The position numbers were made by a program, and so were the translations under genes. Below are positions 27,201-35,750 of a stretch of DNA of 64,000 nt, piece after piece. Source of the stretch: Leadbetterella sp. Its GTDB lineage: Bacteria > Bacteroidota > Bacteroidia > Cytophagales > Spirosomataceae. The first letter of the stretch is position 1. Each line of letters starts with the position of its first letter. The stretch is taken from assembly GCA_035299025.1 (NCBI GenBank), contig DATGXK010000019.1, forward strand, positions 22,142 to 86,141, read 5' to 3'. Under the pieces are notes generated by a model. That model saw nothing but the letters and a program-made list of their open reading frames with translations. It had not been told where the DNA came from and searched no databases.

Positions 27201-29844
27201 ACAAAGCCAAGAAAAGCGAACCAAGAGCGGCATTCAATCCATTGCTCGCCCATTTGTTTTTTTTCTGGTGACCGACAAAAACAAGATGCGACCAGTATTT
27301 GGGATCTCGAAACTGGACCATTTGTCTATCTTCCAATAAATCGAGTTTGGCCTCACGAAGTGCCTCAGGATAGTCCTGACCGTCACCCACATGCTTATAA
27401 AACCTTCTGGTCAAGTAGGCCGTGGCATAGTCTTCGGCTTTCCACAATGAAGAGATAATACACTGGCTACCAGCCAAATAAAAACCCCTTGACAAACCTC
27501 TGATTCCTTCGCCCTTCAAATTGAAGTTCCCATAAGAGTCGCAAGCCGATAGAAACACCAATTGCGTATTTTTGAGCATACCAGCCGAGAATTCGAACAA
27601 ATACAACTTGTCATTTTTCTGGTTATCGTTGGCAAAGCGTATGAAAGACTTTTCAGGAAACTGCCCGTAGGCTACTGCATGGGTAGCCAAATGCAAAATT
27701 GGGTAGCTAGCTGCTAAGCTCATGAAATTTGATTTAGTGGCACTCTTTCCAAAGAAAGGCCTAGCAGAACTTATATTGGCTATTTCATCTTTCGAATTTG
27801 GCAAATAATCTTTCCCAGAAAAAATCTCCGAAAAAGGAGCAAAAGCCAGAACCTTCCTGGTACTTTCAAACTCCTTGCTGCTCAGTACAAACTTGGACGA
27901 AAACAAATAAGAGATAGTATGACTCTGGAGCAAATAGGCACCGTCTGTGTCTTTCAAAACCTCCATAGGCAGTCCGTTGGCCTCGGCATCTCCAACAAAA
28001 ACAACTTTAGGCTTATCTTTCAAAAGCACATTAAAAGGCTTAAAAATAGAACTATACACCACTTTTAGCGAATTATGAGCTACTTTTTGTGACACATTGC
28101 TCTTGACTTTGCGAAGGTGGTGATTCAAATTTGCAACGTTTGTTATTAATCTGAACTTAAAATCAGACGAACTGACTCCAAAGACCACTGCCGACCTGCC
28201 CATATCAAAATAACTTATAACCAATTCTTCAGCCGACAAATTATCTTGCAAGGCTCTCAAAGTAAATCTCTGGTTTTCAAACAGTTTCTTGGCCTTAAAT
28301 TTTGGATATTTTTCTAGCTTTTGGTTGAGTTTATCTAGCTTAATCTCCGTCTCGTTTATGGCTTGAAGATACTTTTTTGTAAGATCAGTGTCCGAACTGT
28401 TCTGTAAGTTTCGTCTAAGAGCCGCCAAGGCTATTTGTAAATTTTGCTCGTTCTGAAGTAACTCCGCAGGAATGTCGGTAGTATTTTTTAATTGATTTTC
28501 ATTAATCGCCAACGACAACACCAAAGCCTTGCTACCCTCGCTTACCTCAAATGCTTGCTTTATATAGTCATGATTTTGGGTACCCGAAAACCCCTCCACC
28601 AAAAGCCTAACAAACGACTGATAAACAGGCTGAATGCGGGCCAGCAAATCTAGCCTAGCATTTTCTTGTGTATAATTTTTAGAGAGTGTATTGGCCAACA
28701 TTTCGTATGCTTCAAACGCTCTCATTGCACCCCTTAAATAGCGAACATCCTTTGTTTTTCGGTATAATTTCTCAAATTGCCCAACTTTTTCTGCTAAGAT
28801 ATTCAGTAAAAAAAAAGAGGAAAAACTGCCATCAACCTTCACCGGATTGTGGAATATATTTTTTGAATAAAAAAGAGAATCGAGATAACCCAAGGCAACC
28901 TGATAATAGTAGAGTGCTCGGTAGGGCTTGTTATTTTCAGCCGCAATTTTTCCCAAGAAATAGTATGCAAAACCCTTGTCAGCCAAATTTCCCTTTTGGA
29001 GGTGAATAGTTTTTTCAAAATTCACTTTGGACTTACCCAAATCACCAAGCTTCAGATATACTTTGCCGAGGGCATTGTAATAAACTGCTGAATCCCCAAC
29101 CAGATTTTTCAAATAAATCAACGCCTCCAGAGGCTTGTTAAGCTCTGTGAGGACCGAAGCCAAGTTTATTTTGAGTTGTTCTTCATTCGGAAATCGACTT
29201 TCAAGACTTTTCAACAATCGCAGGGTGCTATCGCGTTGATTTAAAAATTGAAGAGCCAAAGCCTGATTATTTCGGTTGGTGAATTCATCAGTTCCTATTT
29301 GCTGCTCGGCCTTTTTGAAATAAACCAAACTTTGCCGAAAATTGCCTGCCTCAAAAAGCAATACCCCTTTAGTATTGAACAAGCGTTCCGCCTCACCTAG
29401 TTTCGGATATTTTTCAATGATTTGCTCGGCCTTTTCTAGAAAAAAAAGACATGAATCATACACAGACTCATAATAATAAAGCCCACTGAGATATAGATTA
29501 GACCGAAACGACAGCGTGTCTACCAAACCGTGCATTTCAGAAACCTTTAGACTACTTTTATAATACTTTTTGGCTTTGGCCAAATCTCCAAGGCCCTGAA
29601 GCAAAACACCAAGCTTTTCGTTTGCAGACCCCACCCATACTGCTTCAGTTTTATTTTGGGGTTTATGCTTAGCTATTTTCTCAAAAGATTTTATAGCCTG
29701 ATTATCGGTATACTCTGTAGGATTTTCGAGATTAAAATAGCTCAAACCACGTTCATATTCTTTCGCAAGACTGGCTGGCCCAGGCTGTGATACTGCCAAA
29801 CCTACCAGAAAAATACTTAGTATGGAGAGAAGTTTTAATTTCAT
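27151..29844 (-). CDS. exported TPR repeat + CHAT domain (caspase-like clan CD) protease with C-terminal TM anchor
   Basis: 897 aa. It has a signal peptide (MKLKLLSILSIFLVGLAVSQ), then about 500 aa of TPR-like repeats and a CHAT domain. The catalytic-type His lies in LHLATHAV (codon 27679-27681) and the Cys in VFLSACDS (codon 27541-27543). A terminal hydrophobic helix LNAALGSLFLALFIWFLL closes the protein. Confidence 0.85.
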   Translation of the reverse strand: MKLKLLSILSIFLVGLAVSQPGPASLAKEYERGLSYFNLENPTEYTDNQAIKSFEKIAKHKPQNKTEAVWVGSANEKLGVLLQGLGDLAKAKKYYKSSLKVSEMHGLVDTLSFRSNLYLSGLYYYESVYDSCLFFLEKAEQIIEKYPKLGEAERLFNTKGVLLFEAGNFRQSLVYFKKAEQQIGTDEFTNRNNQALALQFLNQRDSTLRLLKSLESRFPNEEQLKINLASVLTELNKPLEALIYLKNLVGDSAVYYNALGKVYLKLGDLGKSKVNFEKTIHLQKGNLADKGFAYYFLGKIAAENNKPYRALYYYQVALGYLDSLFYSKNIFHNPVKVDGSFSSFFLLNILAEKVGQFEKLYRKTKDVRYLRGAMRAFEAYEMLANTLSKNYTQENARLDLLARIQPVYQSFVRLLVEGFSGTQNHDYIKQAFEVSEGSKALVLSLAINENQLKNTTDIPAELLQNEQNLQIALAALRRNLQNSSDTDLTKKYLQAINETEIKLDKLNQKLEKYPKFKAKKLFENQRFTLRALQDNLSAEELVISYFDMGRSAVVFGVSSSDFKFRLITNVANLNHHLRKVKSNVSQKVAHNSLKVVYSSIFKPFNVLLKDKPKVVFVGDAEANGLPMEVLKDTDGAYLLQSHTISYLFSSKFVLSSKEFESTRKVLAFAPFSEIFSGKDYLPNSKDEIANISSARPFFGKSATKSNFMSLAASYPILHLATHAVAYGQFPEKSFIRFANDNQKNDKLYLFEFSAGMLKNTQLVFLSACDSYGNFNLKGEGIRGLSRGFYLAGSQCIISSLWKAEDYATAYLTRRFYKHVGDGQDYPEALREAKLDLLEDRQMVQFRDPKYWSHLVFVGHQKKNKWASNGLNAALGSLFLALFIWFLLQKNALLKPKA

Positions 29845-29852
29845 ACTCGAAA

Positions 29853-30794
29853 TTAATAATTTCTGCCTACTATTACGATTTGCGGTGGACGTGGTTTTCT
29901 GAATAATCTAAAAATACGGGCGTATTTCAATCCGAAATTAGGATTATAATAAGAATTCTGGTTCTCAAATATTTTGTCTTTTAGACTCTTGGGCACATCA
30001 CTTTCTTTTTCAAAATAATGAAATTCAAGTTCTATTCTGTTGAGTGCCTTTCCGCTTTTGTCGTCTAGTCTATAAAAAAGCTTTAGCTTTTTGGTAGAAC
30101 CGCTCTTAGGGCTTGTTCCCAACAAACCTTTTCGTAACGAATTATCCAACAGTATTTTTCCGTCAACTTTTGAAATATCCAAACCTTGGGCTATCACCTG
30201 CTGGCCCGGTAGTGGCTCATCCAAAGTACCATTCCCGTTGTCGTCGTCATCGTCGTCGTCAAACTCGGAAGTGCGGGTATTTACACCAGGTATTGCCAAA
30301 TTTGGGTTGTTGTTGTAGATGGGCACCGCCAATTTCTCATTTTTATCTAAAAGATAAATTTTGCTCATGTAGTCTACACCCGAAATTGTTAGGTGTGTAA
30401 AACAAGTGTCTCTGGTATTTTTGGGAACAAAAAAGACAGTGTATCTCAGGCCTGATTCACTTTTGGTAACATTTATTTCTCCGTGTGATTCATTTATTTC
30501 TAAGCCTTCTGGAAAGGCTCCATACGCACCATCACGCTTCACTAGTGGCTTTATTTTTAGGTCGTCTTTTAGGTTTTCTAGAAAAAAAAGCGTGTCGCTG
30601 TAAGCTATGAGATTACATGTTTTTATGCTTGTAGCTCCCGACCCACTTTGTGTAACACTCTGACCTGTAGTGCTTTGCGTATTGGCACCAAGATTATCAT
30701 CATCAGGCTTTACGTCGTCATCCGAAGAATTGGGGTTACATCCCAGTATCCAAGAAGCAAAAAATATAGCGAGTAAAAAAATGAGTTTTTTCAT
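29853..30794 (-). CDS. hypothetical lipoprotein with poly-Asp tract
   Basis: The ATG at 30794 gives MKKLIFLLAIFFASWILGC (lipobox). It has a Ser/Thr/Asp-rich linker and a run of seven Asp (30240-30260). It ends 8 nt upstream of the CHAT gene start. I recognised no family. Confidence 0.6.
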   Translation of the reverse strand: MKKLIFLLAIFFASWILGCNPNSSDDDVKPDDDNLGANTQSTTGQSVTQSGSGATSIKTCNLIAYSDTLFFLENLKDDLKIKPLVKRDGAYGAFPEGLEINESHGEINVTKSESGLRYTVFFVPKNTRDTCFTHLTISGVDYMSKIYLLDKNEKLAVPIYNNNPNLAIPGVNTRTSEFDDDDDDDNGNGTLDEPLPGQQVIAQGLDISKVDGKILLDNSLRKGLLGTSPKSGSTKKLKLFYRLDDKSGKALNRIELEFHYFEKESDVPKSLKDKIFENQNSYYNPNFGLKYARIFRLFRKPRPPQIVIVGRNY

Positions 30795-30936
30795 CAAAAA
30801 ATTTGGCACTGTTACATACTCTTACGGTTGTAAAGAAACGATGGTTGCAAAAAATATGTATTCATGTAGTTACATTTTTTAAGTCGGTCTATACTTAGAA
30901 GAGAAAATCAATTATCACCGTAAAATTATTAAAATC

Positions 30937-31452
30937 ATGAAATCATTCAGAAATTTTGGCTTGGGTATTTTCTCTTTTGTTGCACTTTCGCTTACATCTT
31001 GCGACGACTCCCTCATCAGCCCTGATGACAGCTCATCCGTGTTTTCTTTGGTGGCCAATGCCTCAGGAGACGGCGTAAAGGTTTCAGCAAGTTCATTGCC
31101 GGCAGCCATCACAAGCTACCTAAGTGCTAACTATCCGGGTAAAACCATCACAAAAGCAGAAAAGTATCTGACAAAATTCGAGGTTACGCTTTCAGATCTT
31201 ACGAAATTGGAATTCAGCCTGACTGGGGCCTTCTTGGAGGTTTCGGGAAGTAGCAAAAATGGCACGAAGGTTTCAGACGACCCACAAGTAGCTCTGCCAC
31301 AAGCCATTCTGGACTACATTGCAAAAAACTACCCTGGAGTAACCATCTACAAGGCCGAGAAATCTGCCAACAAGTATGAGGTAAAACTGAGCAACAGGGT
31401 TAGGTTGGCTTTTGATCTTAGTGGAAAATTATTGCGTGTGAGAACTTGGTAA
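30937..31452 (+). CDS. PepSY-like (DUF2874-type) lipoprotein, two internal repeats
   Basis: Lipobox LSLTSC. There are two repeats: LPAAITSYLSANYPGKTITKAEKYLTKFEVTLS...LEFSLTGAFLEV and LPQAILDYIAKNYPGVTIYKAEKSANKYEVKLS...LAFDLSGKLLRV. Confidence 0.65.
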   Translation: MKSFRNFGLGIFSFVALSLTSCDDSLISPDDSSSVFSLVANASGDGVKVSASSLPAAITSYLSANYPGKTITKAEKYLTKFEVTLSDLTKLEFSLTGAFLEVSGSSKNGTKVSDDPQVALPQAILDYIAKNYPGVTIYKAEKSANKYEVKLSNRVRLAFDLSGKLLRVRTW

Positions 31453-31455
31453 ACA

Positions 31456-31480
31456 AAAAGGGCTTCGGCCCTTTTTTTAT
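31456..31480 (+). terminator. intrinsic terminator after the PepSY-like gene
   Basis: AAAAAGGGC-TTCG-GCCCTTTTTTT. Confidence 0.8.
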
Positions 31481-31579
31481 GTCCTAAACTTTCTTTTTTG
31501 ACTGTCAAATTGTCAGAATTCCACCACTTGGAACAGCCTTTGATTGTTAGCTAATCGTAATTTTAAAACTATACAAACA

Positions 31580-33382
31580 ATGGTAACAGAAAAAGGTACA
31601 ATTTCGATTAACACCGAGAACATTTTTCCGATAATTAAAAAATTCTTGTATTCTGACCACGAAATATTCCTAAGAGAATTGGTTTCGAATGCGGTGGATG
31701 CAACACAAAAAATCAAAAAACTATCTTCCATAGGTCAATTTGACGGCGAATTGGGCGATTTGAAAATAAAAGTTTCTTTCGACAAAGACGCCAAAACAAT
31801 CACTATATCCGACAAAGGCTTGGGAATGACGGCCGACGAAATAAAAAAGTATATCAACCAGATAGCTTTTTCGGGAGCCAAAGAATTTGCAGAAAAATAC
31901 AAAGACGAGTCAGATAAAACACAGATAATCGGACAATTTGGCTTGGGCTTTTACTCGGCCTTTATGGTAGCCAAAGAGGTAGAAATTATCACAAAATCAT
32001 ACCAAGACGCCCCGGCGGCCAGATGGTTCAGCGACGGCACCACGGAGTTTGAAATTTCGGCAGCCGAAAAGGCAGAACGTGGTACTGACATCATTTTACA
32101 TGTAGCAGAAGACTCTGAGGAGTTTTTAGAAGAAAGCAAACTGGAGCAGGTATTGGTTAAATACGGCAAATTCCTACCTGTAGAAATAGAATTTAACGAA
32201 AAAGTAATCAACAATCCGTCGCCGATTTGGGTAAAATCTCCTGCCGACCTCAAAGACGAAGATTATTTGGCTTTCTACAAAGAATTGTATCCATACTCTG
32301 AGGATCCTTTGTTCTGGATTCACCTCAATGTAGACTATCCGTTTAATCTGACAGGGGTATTGTACTTTCCGAAAGTGAAGCAGGATTTCCAACTGAATAG
32401 AGAAAAAATACAATTGTACAGCCGTCAGGTATTTATTACCGATGATGTGAAAGACATCGTACCTGAGTTTTTGCAGCTGTTACATGGTGTTATAGACTCT
32501 CCAGATATCCCTTTGAACGTTTCGAGAAGTTATCTTCAGGCCGATGGTAATGTAAAACGTATCAACTCACACATTACCAAGAAAGTAGCTGATAAACTTT
32601 CAGACTTATTTAGAGAAGACCGCAAGGCTTTTGAAGAGAAATGGGAAAGTATTGGCCTTTTTGTCAAATACGGAATTATATCTGACGACAAGTTTTTTGA
32701 TAGAGCCAAAGATTTTATTTTACTCAAAAATACCGAGGGTGCGTGCTTCACGATAGACGAGTACAAAACCAAGCTAGAAGCCAACCAAAAAGACAAAGAC
32801 GGCAAATTGGTAGGGCTTTATGCAAACGACATCAGCAAACAAGACGCCTTCATTGCGGGTGCTAAAAAACGTGAGTTTGATGTTTTGGTGTTTGACGATG
32901 TGCTAGATGCTCACTTTATCAACGCTATGGAAAGTAAAGTTGAAAACCTGACTTTCAAACGCGTAGATGCCGACACTTTCGACAAGCTAATTGACAAAGG
33001 CCTGAAACAAGAAGTAGTACTCGGAGAAGACGAGAAAAAGAAAGTAGAAGAGACCTTCAAGGAGTTTGTAGGCAATAACATAGTGCAGATAGAAGCCTTG
33101 CCAGTGGATGAGATTCCGGTATCTATAGTGGTGCCTGAGTTTATGCGTAGATACGCCGACATGTCTAAGGTAAATGGCCAAGGTGGTATGTTTGGCAATA
33201 TGCCTATGATGTACAATCTTGTAGTAAACGGCAATCACCCAATCATTGGCAAAATTGCCAAAGAAGGTAACGAAAGTGGCCTTGCGAAGCAACTTTACGA
33301 CCTAGCACTCCTCTCACAAGGAATGCTAAACGGAGCTGACCTTACCCAATTTATCCAGCGTTCGGTAGAGAAATTAGGGTGA
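31580..33382 (+). CDS. htpG: molecular chaperone HtpG (Hsp90)
   Basis: FLYSDHEIFLRELVSNAVDA and GQFGLGFYSAFMVA are Hsp90 signatures. The ATG at 31580 is preferred over the upstream start at 31544. Confidence 0.93.
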   Translation: MVTEKGTISINTENIFPIIKKFLYSDHEIFLRELVSNAVDATQKIKKLSSIGQFDGELGDLKIKVSFDKDAKTITISDKGLGMTADEIKKYINQIAFSGAKEFAEKYKDESDKTQIIGQFGLGFYSAFMVAKEVEIITKSYQDAPAARWFSDGTTEFEISAAEKAERGTDIILHVAEDSEEFLEESKLEQVLVKYGKFLPVEIEFNEKVINNPSPIWVKSPADLKDEDYLAFYKELYPYSEDPLFWIHLNVDYPFNLTGVLYFPKVKQDFQLNREKIQLYSRQVFITDDVKDIVPEFLQLLHGVIDSPDIPLNVSRSYLQADGNVKRINSHITKKVADKLSDLFREDRKAFEEKWESIGLFVKYGIISDDKFFDRAKDFILLKNTEGACFTIDEYKTKLEANQKDKDGKLVGLYANDISKQDAFIAGAKKREFDVLVFDDVLDAHFINAMESKVENLTFKRVDADTFDKLIDKGLKQEVVLGEDEKKKVEETFKEFVGNNIVQIEALPVDEIPVSIVVPEFMRRYADMSKVNGQGGMFGNMPMMYNLVVNGNHPIIGKIAKEGNESGLAKQLYDLALLSQGMLNGADLTQFIQRSVEKLG

Positions 33383-33407
33383 TTTTAGTTCAAAAATATT
33401 TTTTTTA

Positions 33408-33437
33408 GAAAAGCCGCTTTCGAGCGGCTTTTTTTGT
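33408..33437 (+). terminator. intrinsic terminator after htpG
   Basis: AAAAGCCGC-TTTCGA-GCGGCTTTTTTT. Confidence 0.8.
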
Positions 33438-33558
33438 TGTCCCTTTGAAAATAAGGGGTTATGCGATTACCTCGGGAAATATGTCAGAATTTGGAATATT
33501 AAAAGTTTAGCCTTTATGGCATTTGATTAATATTTTTAAAGAATATCAAACACTCTCT

Positions 33559-34107
33559 TCACTTAAAAGTATAAAACACCCCAAAAGATGAGTTATTGGT
33601 TAGTGAGCCACTCAAATTGATATTGGTAAATCTTTTGACTGAAATAGTACTCAAGTTTACACTTCCAAAAGATGCACTAAGCATAAAATGATTGGAGAAA
33701 TCGTACATTACTCTTATAGGAATGGCATAAATGTTGGTTTTTATGCCAGGCACGTCTCCAAAAACACCCTGAATACTTCCACCCATTACAGGAGTTATGT
33801 AAAATTTATCTATAAGCTTTACGAATTTTCCATATTCTAGGGCAGGACCAAAATTCACTAAGCTATTATCAGAATTTTGAATATTCATATTATCCAAAAC
33901 TGCTCCAAATGCCAAATAAGTATTGTCAGATTTTACTTTTCCAGTCAAAATGGTGGTAGTGTAAGTCTAAACCCTTTCACCACTATTAAAGGTGGCCTTT
34001 AAAAACAAATTCGCATTTACGATCTTACGCCCAACCAAATCCTGGGCTGTGGTGGTCAATGAAAACAGAAAAAGAAAAAAAGTGGTTAAACAGATTCGTG
34101 TTTTCAT
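33559..34107 (-). pseudogene. outer-membrane beta-barrel protein gene interrupted by one in-frame TAG
   Basis: The ATG at 34107 gives MKTRICLTTFFLFLFSLTTTAQDLVGRKIVNANLFLKATFNSGERV, then TAG (33967-33969). The same frame continues as TYTTTILTGKVKSDNTYLAFGA... into track ORF 33559-33948. That ORF has alternating beta-strand patterns and ends in FGVFYTFK. The total is 183 codons in one frame. Confidence 0.55.
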
Positions 34108-34243
34108 TTTGATATGTGTTTTTGATTTATAAATATAGTTTCAAATAAATACTTTGGTGGATATAATACTACCTCAAAGGCGATTTTAACAAATCATTGA
34201 ATACCAAAAACGTTAAAAAGGCAGCAAAATCTGGATTTTAATT

Positions 34244-34699
34244 TCAATTTACCGAAAGAATCTCTATCTCAAACAAAAGCGGGGAATTGCCAGGAATGCC
34301 ACTTGTACCCTGACTACCATAACCCAGGCTCGAAGGAAAAATAATAGAAGCGGACTCTCCAACTCTCATTTTAGCAATACCTTCATCGAAACCTTTAATA
34401 ACTCGGCCTCCACCAAGAACAAAACTAAACGAACCAGAGTCAAACTTCTTACCAGTCAGCAATTTACCGGTGTAGTTAAGAGAAACAGTTTTACCCTTCA
34501 CCAACATCGTTCCAGCAGCATTTTCTTTGGTTCTGATGTATCTCAAGCCAGTGGCTGTCTTTTCAGTCACCACCAAGCCTTTACTTTGAATGTAGCTTTC
34601 TATTTGCTCTTCTTCGGTGCCCGAAAGCGTATCTTTTTCGCAAGAAAACAAAACAGCAGAGATCAACAATATCGAAAGAACTTTGAAATGTTTCATCAA
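34244..34699 (-). CDS. FKBP-type peptidyl-prolyl cis-trans isomerase (lipoprotein)
   Basis: Lipobox AVLFSC. FDSGSFSFVLGGGRVIKGFDEGIAKMRVGE...PSSLGYG is the canonical FKBP core. Confidence 0.85.
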   Translation of the reverse strand: MMKHFKVLSILLISAVLFSCEKDTLSGTEEEQIESYIQSKGLVVTEKTATGLRYIRTKENAAGTMLVKGKTVSLNYTGKLLTGKKFDSGSFSFVLGGGRVIKGFDEGIAKMRVGESASIIFPSSLGYGSQGTSGIPGNSPLLFEIEILSVN

Positions 34700-34715
34700 G
34701 AAAAATTTAAGATTT

Positions 34716-35063
34716 TTATAAATACAAACTCACCCACCATATCAATAAGGCTTGTAATGGCAGTCTTCCCCAACGAATTATAGGAGAAATCTTCTGAAAT
34801 TTCTCACCTGTGGCCATATAAATATTTGCAGGAAACATAAGGATCAAAAGCAAAATCAATCCCCAAGCCGAAGCAGCTTGCATTTTTGGTAATAGCAGAT
34901 TATATCCGAAAACTATCTCTGCTATACCAGTAATCCAGACCAATTCTTTATGAAATGGCAAATAGGGCGGCATAATACTCAAATAAAACTTAGGTTTGGC
35001 AAAATGCATAATGCCCGCCAAAATAAACAATACACTACAAAGAACTTGGTGCCACTCAAACAT
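34716..35063 (-). CDS. DoxX-like small membrane protein
   Basis: 115 aa with four TM segments. ILAGIMHFAKPKFY...GIAEIVFG resembles the DoxX-like/YndC type. It starts 1 nt after the response-regulator stop. Confidence 0.55.
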   Translation of the reverse strand: MFEWHQVLCSVLFILAGIMHFAKPKFYLSIMPPYLPFHKELVWITGIAEIVFGYNLLLPKMQAASAWGLILLLILMFPANIYMATGEKFQKISPIIRWGRLPLQALLIWWVSLYL

Positions 35064-35064
35064 A

Positions 35065-35745
35065 TCAGCAGTTTAATTTAAAACCTACACCATGAATATT
35101 CTCAATCTTGATTTTGGGGTCGTTGGAGAGCATTTTACGTATTCTTGTTACGAAAACGTCCATACTTCTACCCAAAAAATAATCGTCACGTCCCCAAATG
35201 GCGGTGAGGATATCCTCACGCTTGGTAATTTGGTTTTTGCGTTCACACAAAAATTTCAACACTTCGGCCTCTCGGTGAGTTAGCTTCTGCACCTCACCAT
35301 CGTGTTTGAGGGTTTGTTGTGAAAAACAAAACTCGTAGTCGCCACAGGCAAATACATCGGTAGTGGCGGTGGAGTCAGAAACGGCGTTGCGTTTTAAAAA
35401 AACCTTGATTCTGAGCACCAACTCCTCCATACTAAATGGCTTGGTGATATAATCGTCGCCGCCTATTTTGAGTCCAGCTATCTTGTCTTCTTGCAGAATT
35501 TTGGCCGTAAGAAAAATAATAGGAATCTGTGAGTTTTGCGTTCTGATTTTTTCGGCCAGAGAAAAACCATCTAACTCAGGCAGATTGACATCCAACAAGC
35601 ATAGATCAAATTTTTCCTTTTTGAAGAATTTCCACGCCTCTTTGCCGTCTGAAAAGTGCATTATTTCAAAGCCTTCTTCTTCCAGGTTATCTTTCGTAAC
35701 AAAGCCCAAGTTGGGGTCATCTTCTACGTATAGTATTTTAGCCAT
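35065..35745 (-). CDS. OmpR/PhoB family response regulator
   Basis: The receiver domain has ILYVEDD...DLCLLDVNLPELDG...KIGGDDYITKPF. The C-terminal winged helix has LTHREAEVLKFL...VFVTRIRKML. Confidence 0.9.
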   Translation of the reverse strand: MAKILYVEDDPNLGFVTKDNLEEEGFEIMHFSDGKEAWKFFKKEKFDLCLLDVNLPELDGFSLAEKIRTQNSQIPIIFLTAKILQEDKIAGLKIGGDDYITKPFSMEELVLRIKVFLKRNAVSDSTATTDVFACGDYEFCFSQQTLKHDGEVQKLTHREAEVLKFLCERKNQITKREDILTAIWGRDDYFLGRSMDVFVTRIRKMLSNDPKIKIENIHGVGFKLNC

Positions 35746-35750
35746 TTTGT

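Noticed and set aside
30240-30260. Apparent simple-sequence repeats: (GTC)n at 30240-30260, a GA/TC-rich tract at about 1800-1905, and a GGAAAYAC-like repeat at about 21211-21260
   Set aside because: All are in-frame coding low-complexity linkers: poly-Asp in the lipoprotein, the Glu-rich linker of the DivIVA protein, and the NGNTGNTGTGNT linker of the M4 protease. They are not non-coding repeats or CRISPR-like arrays.
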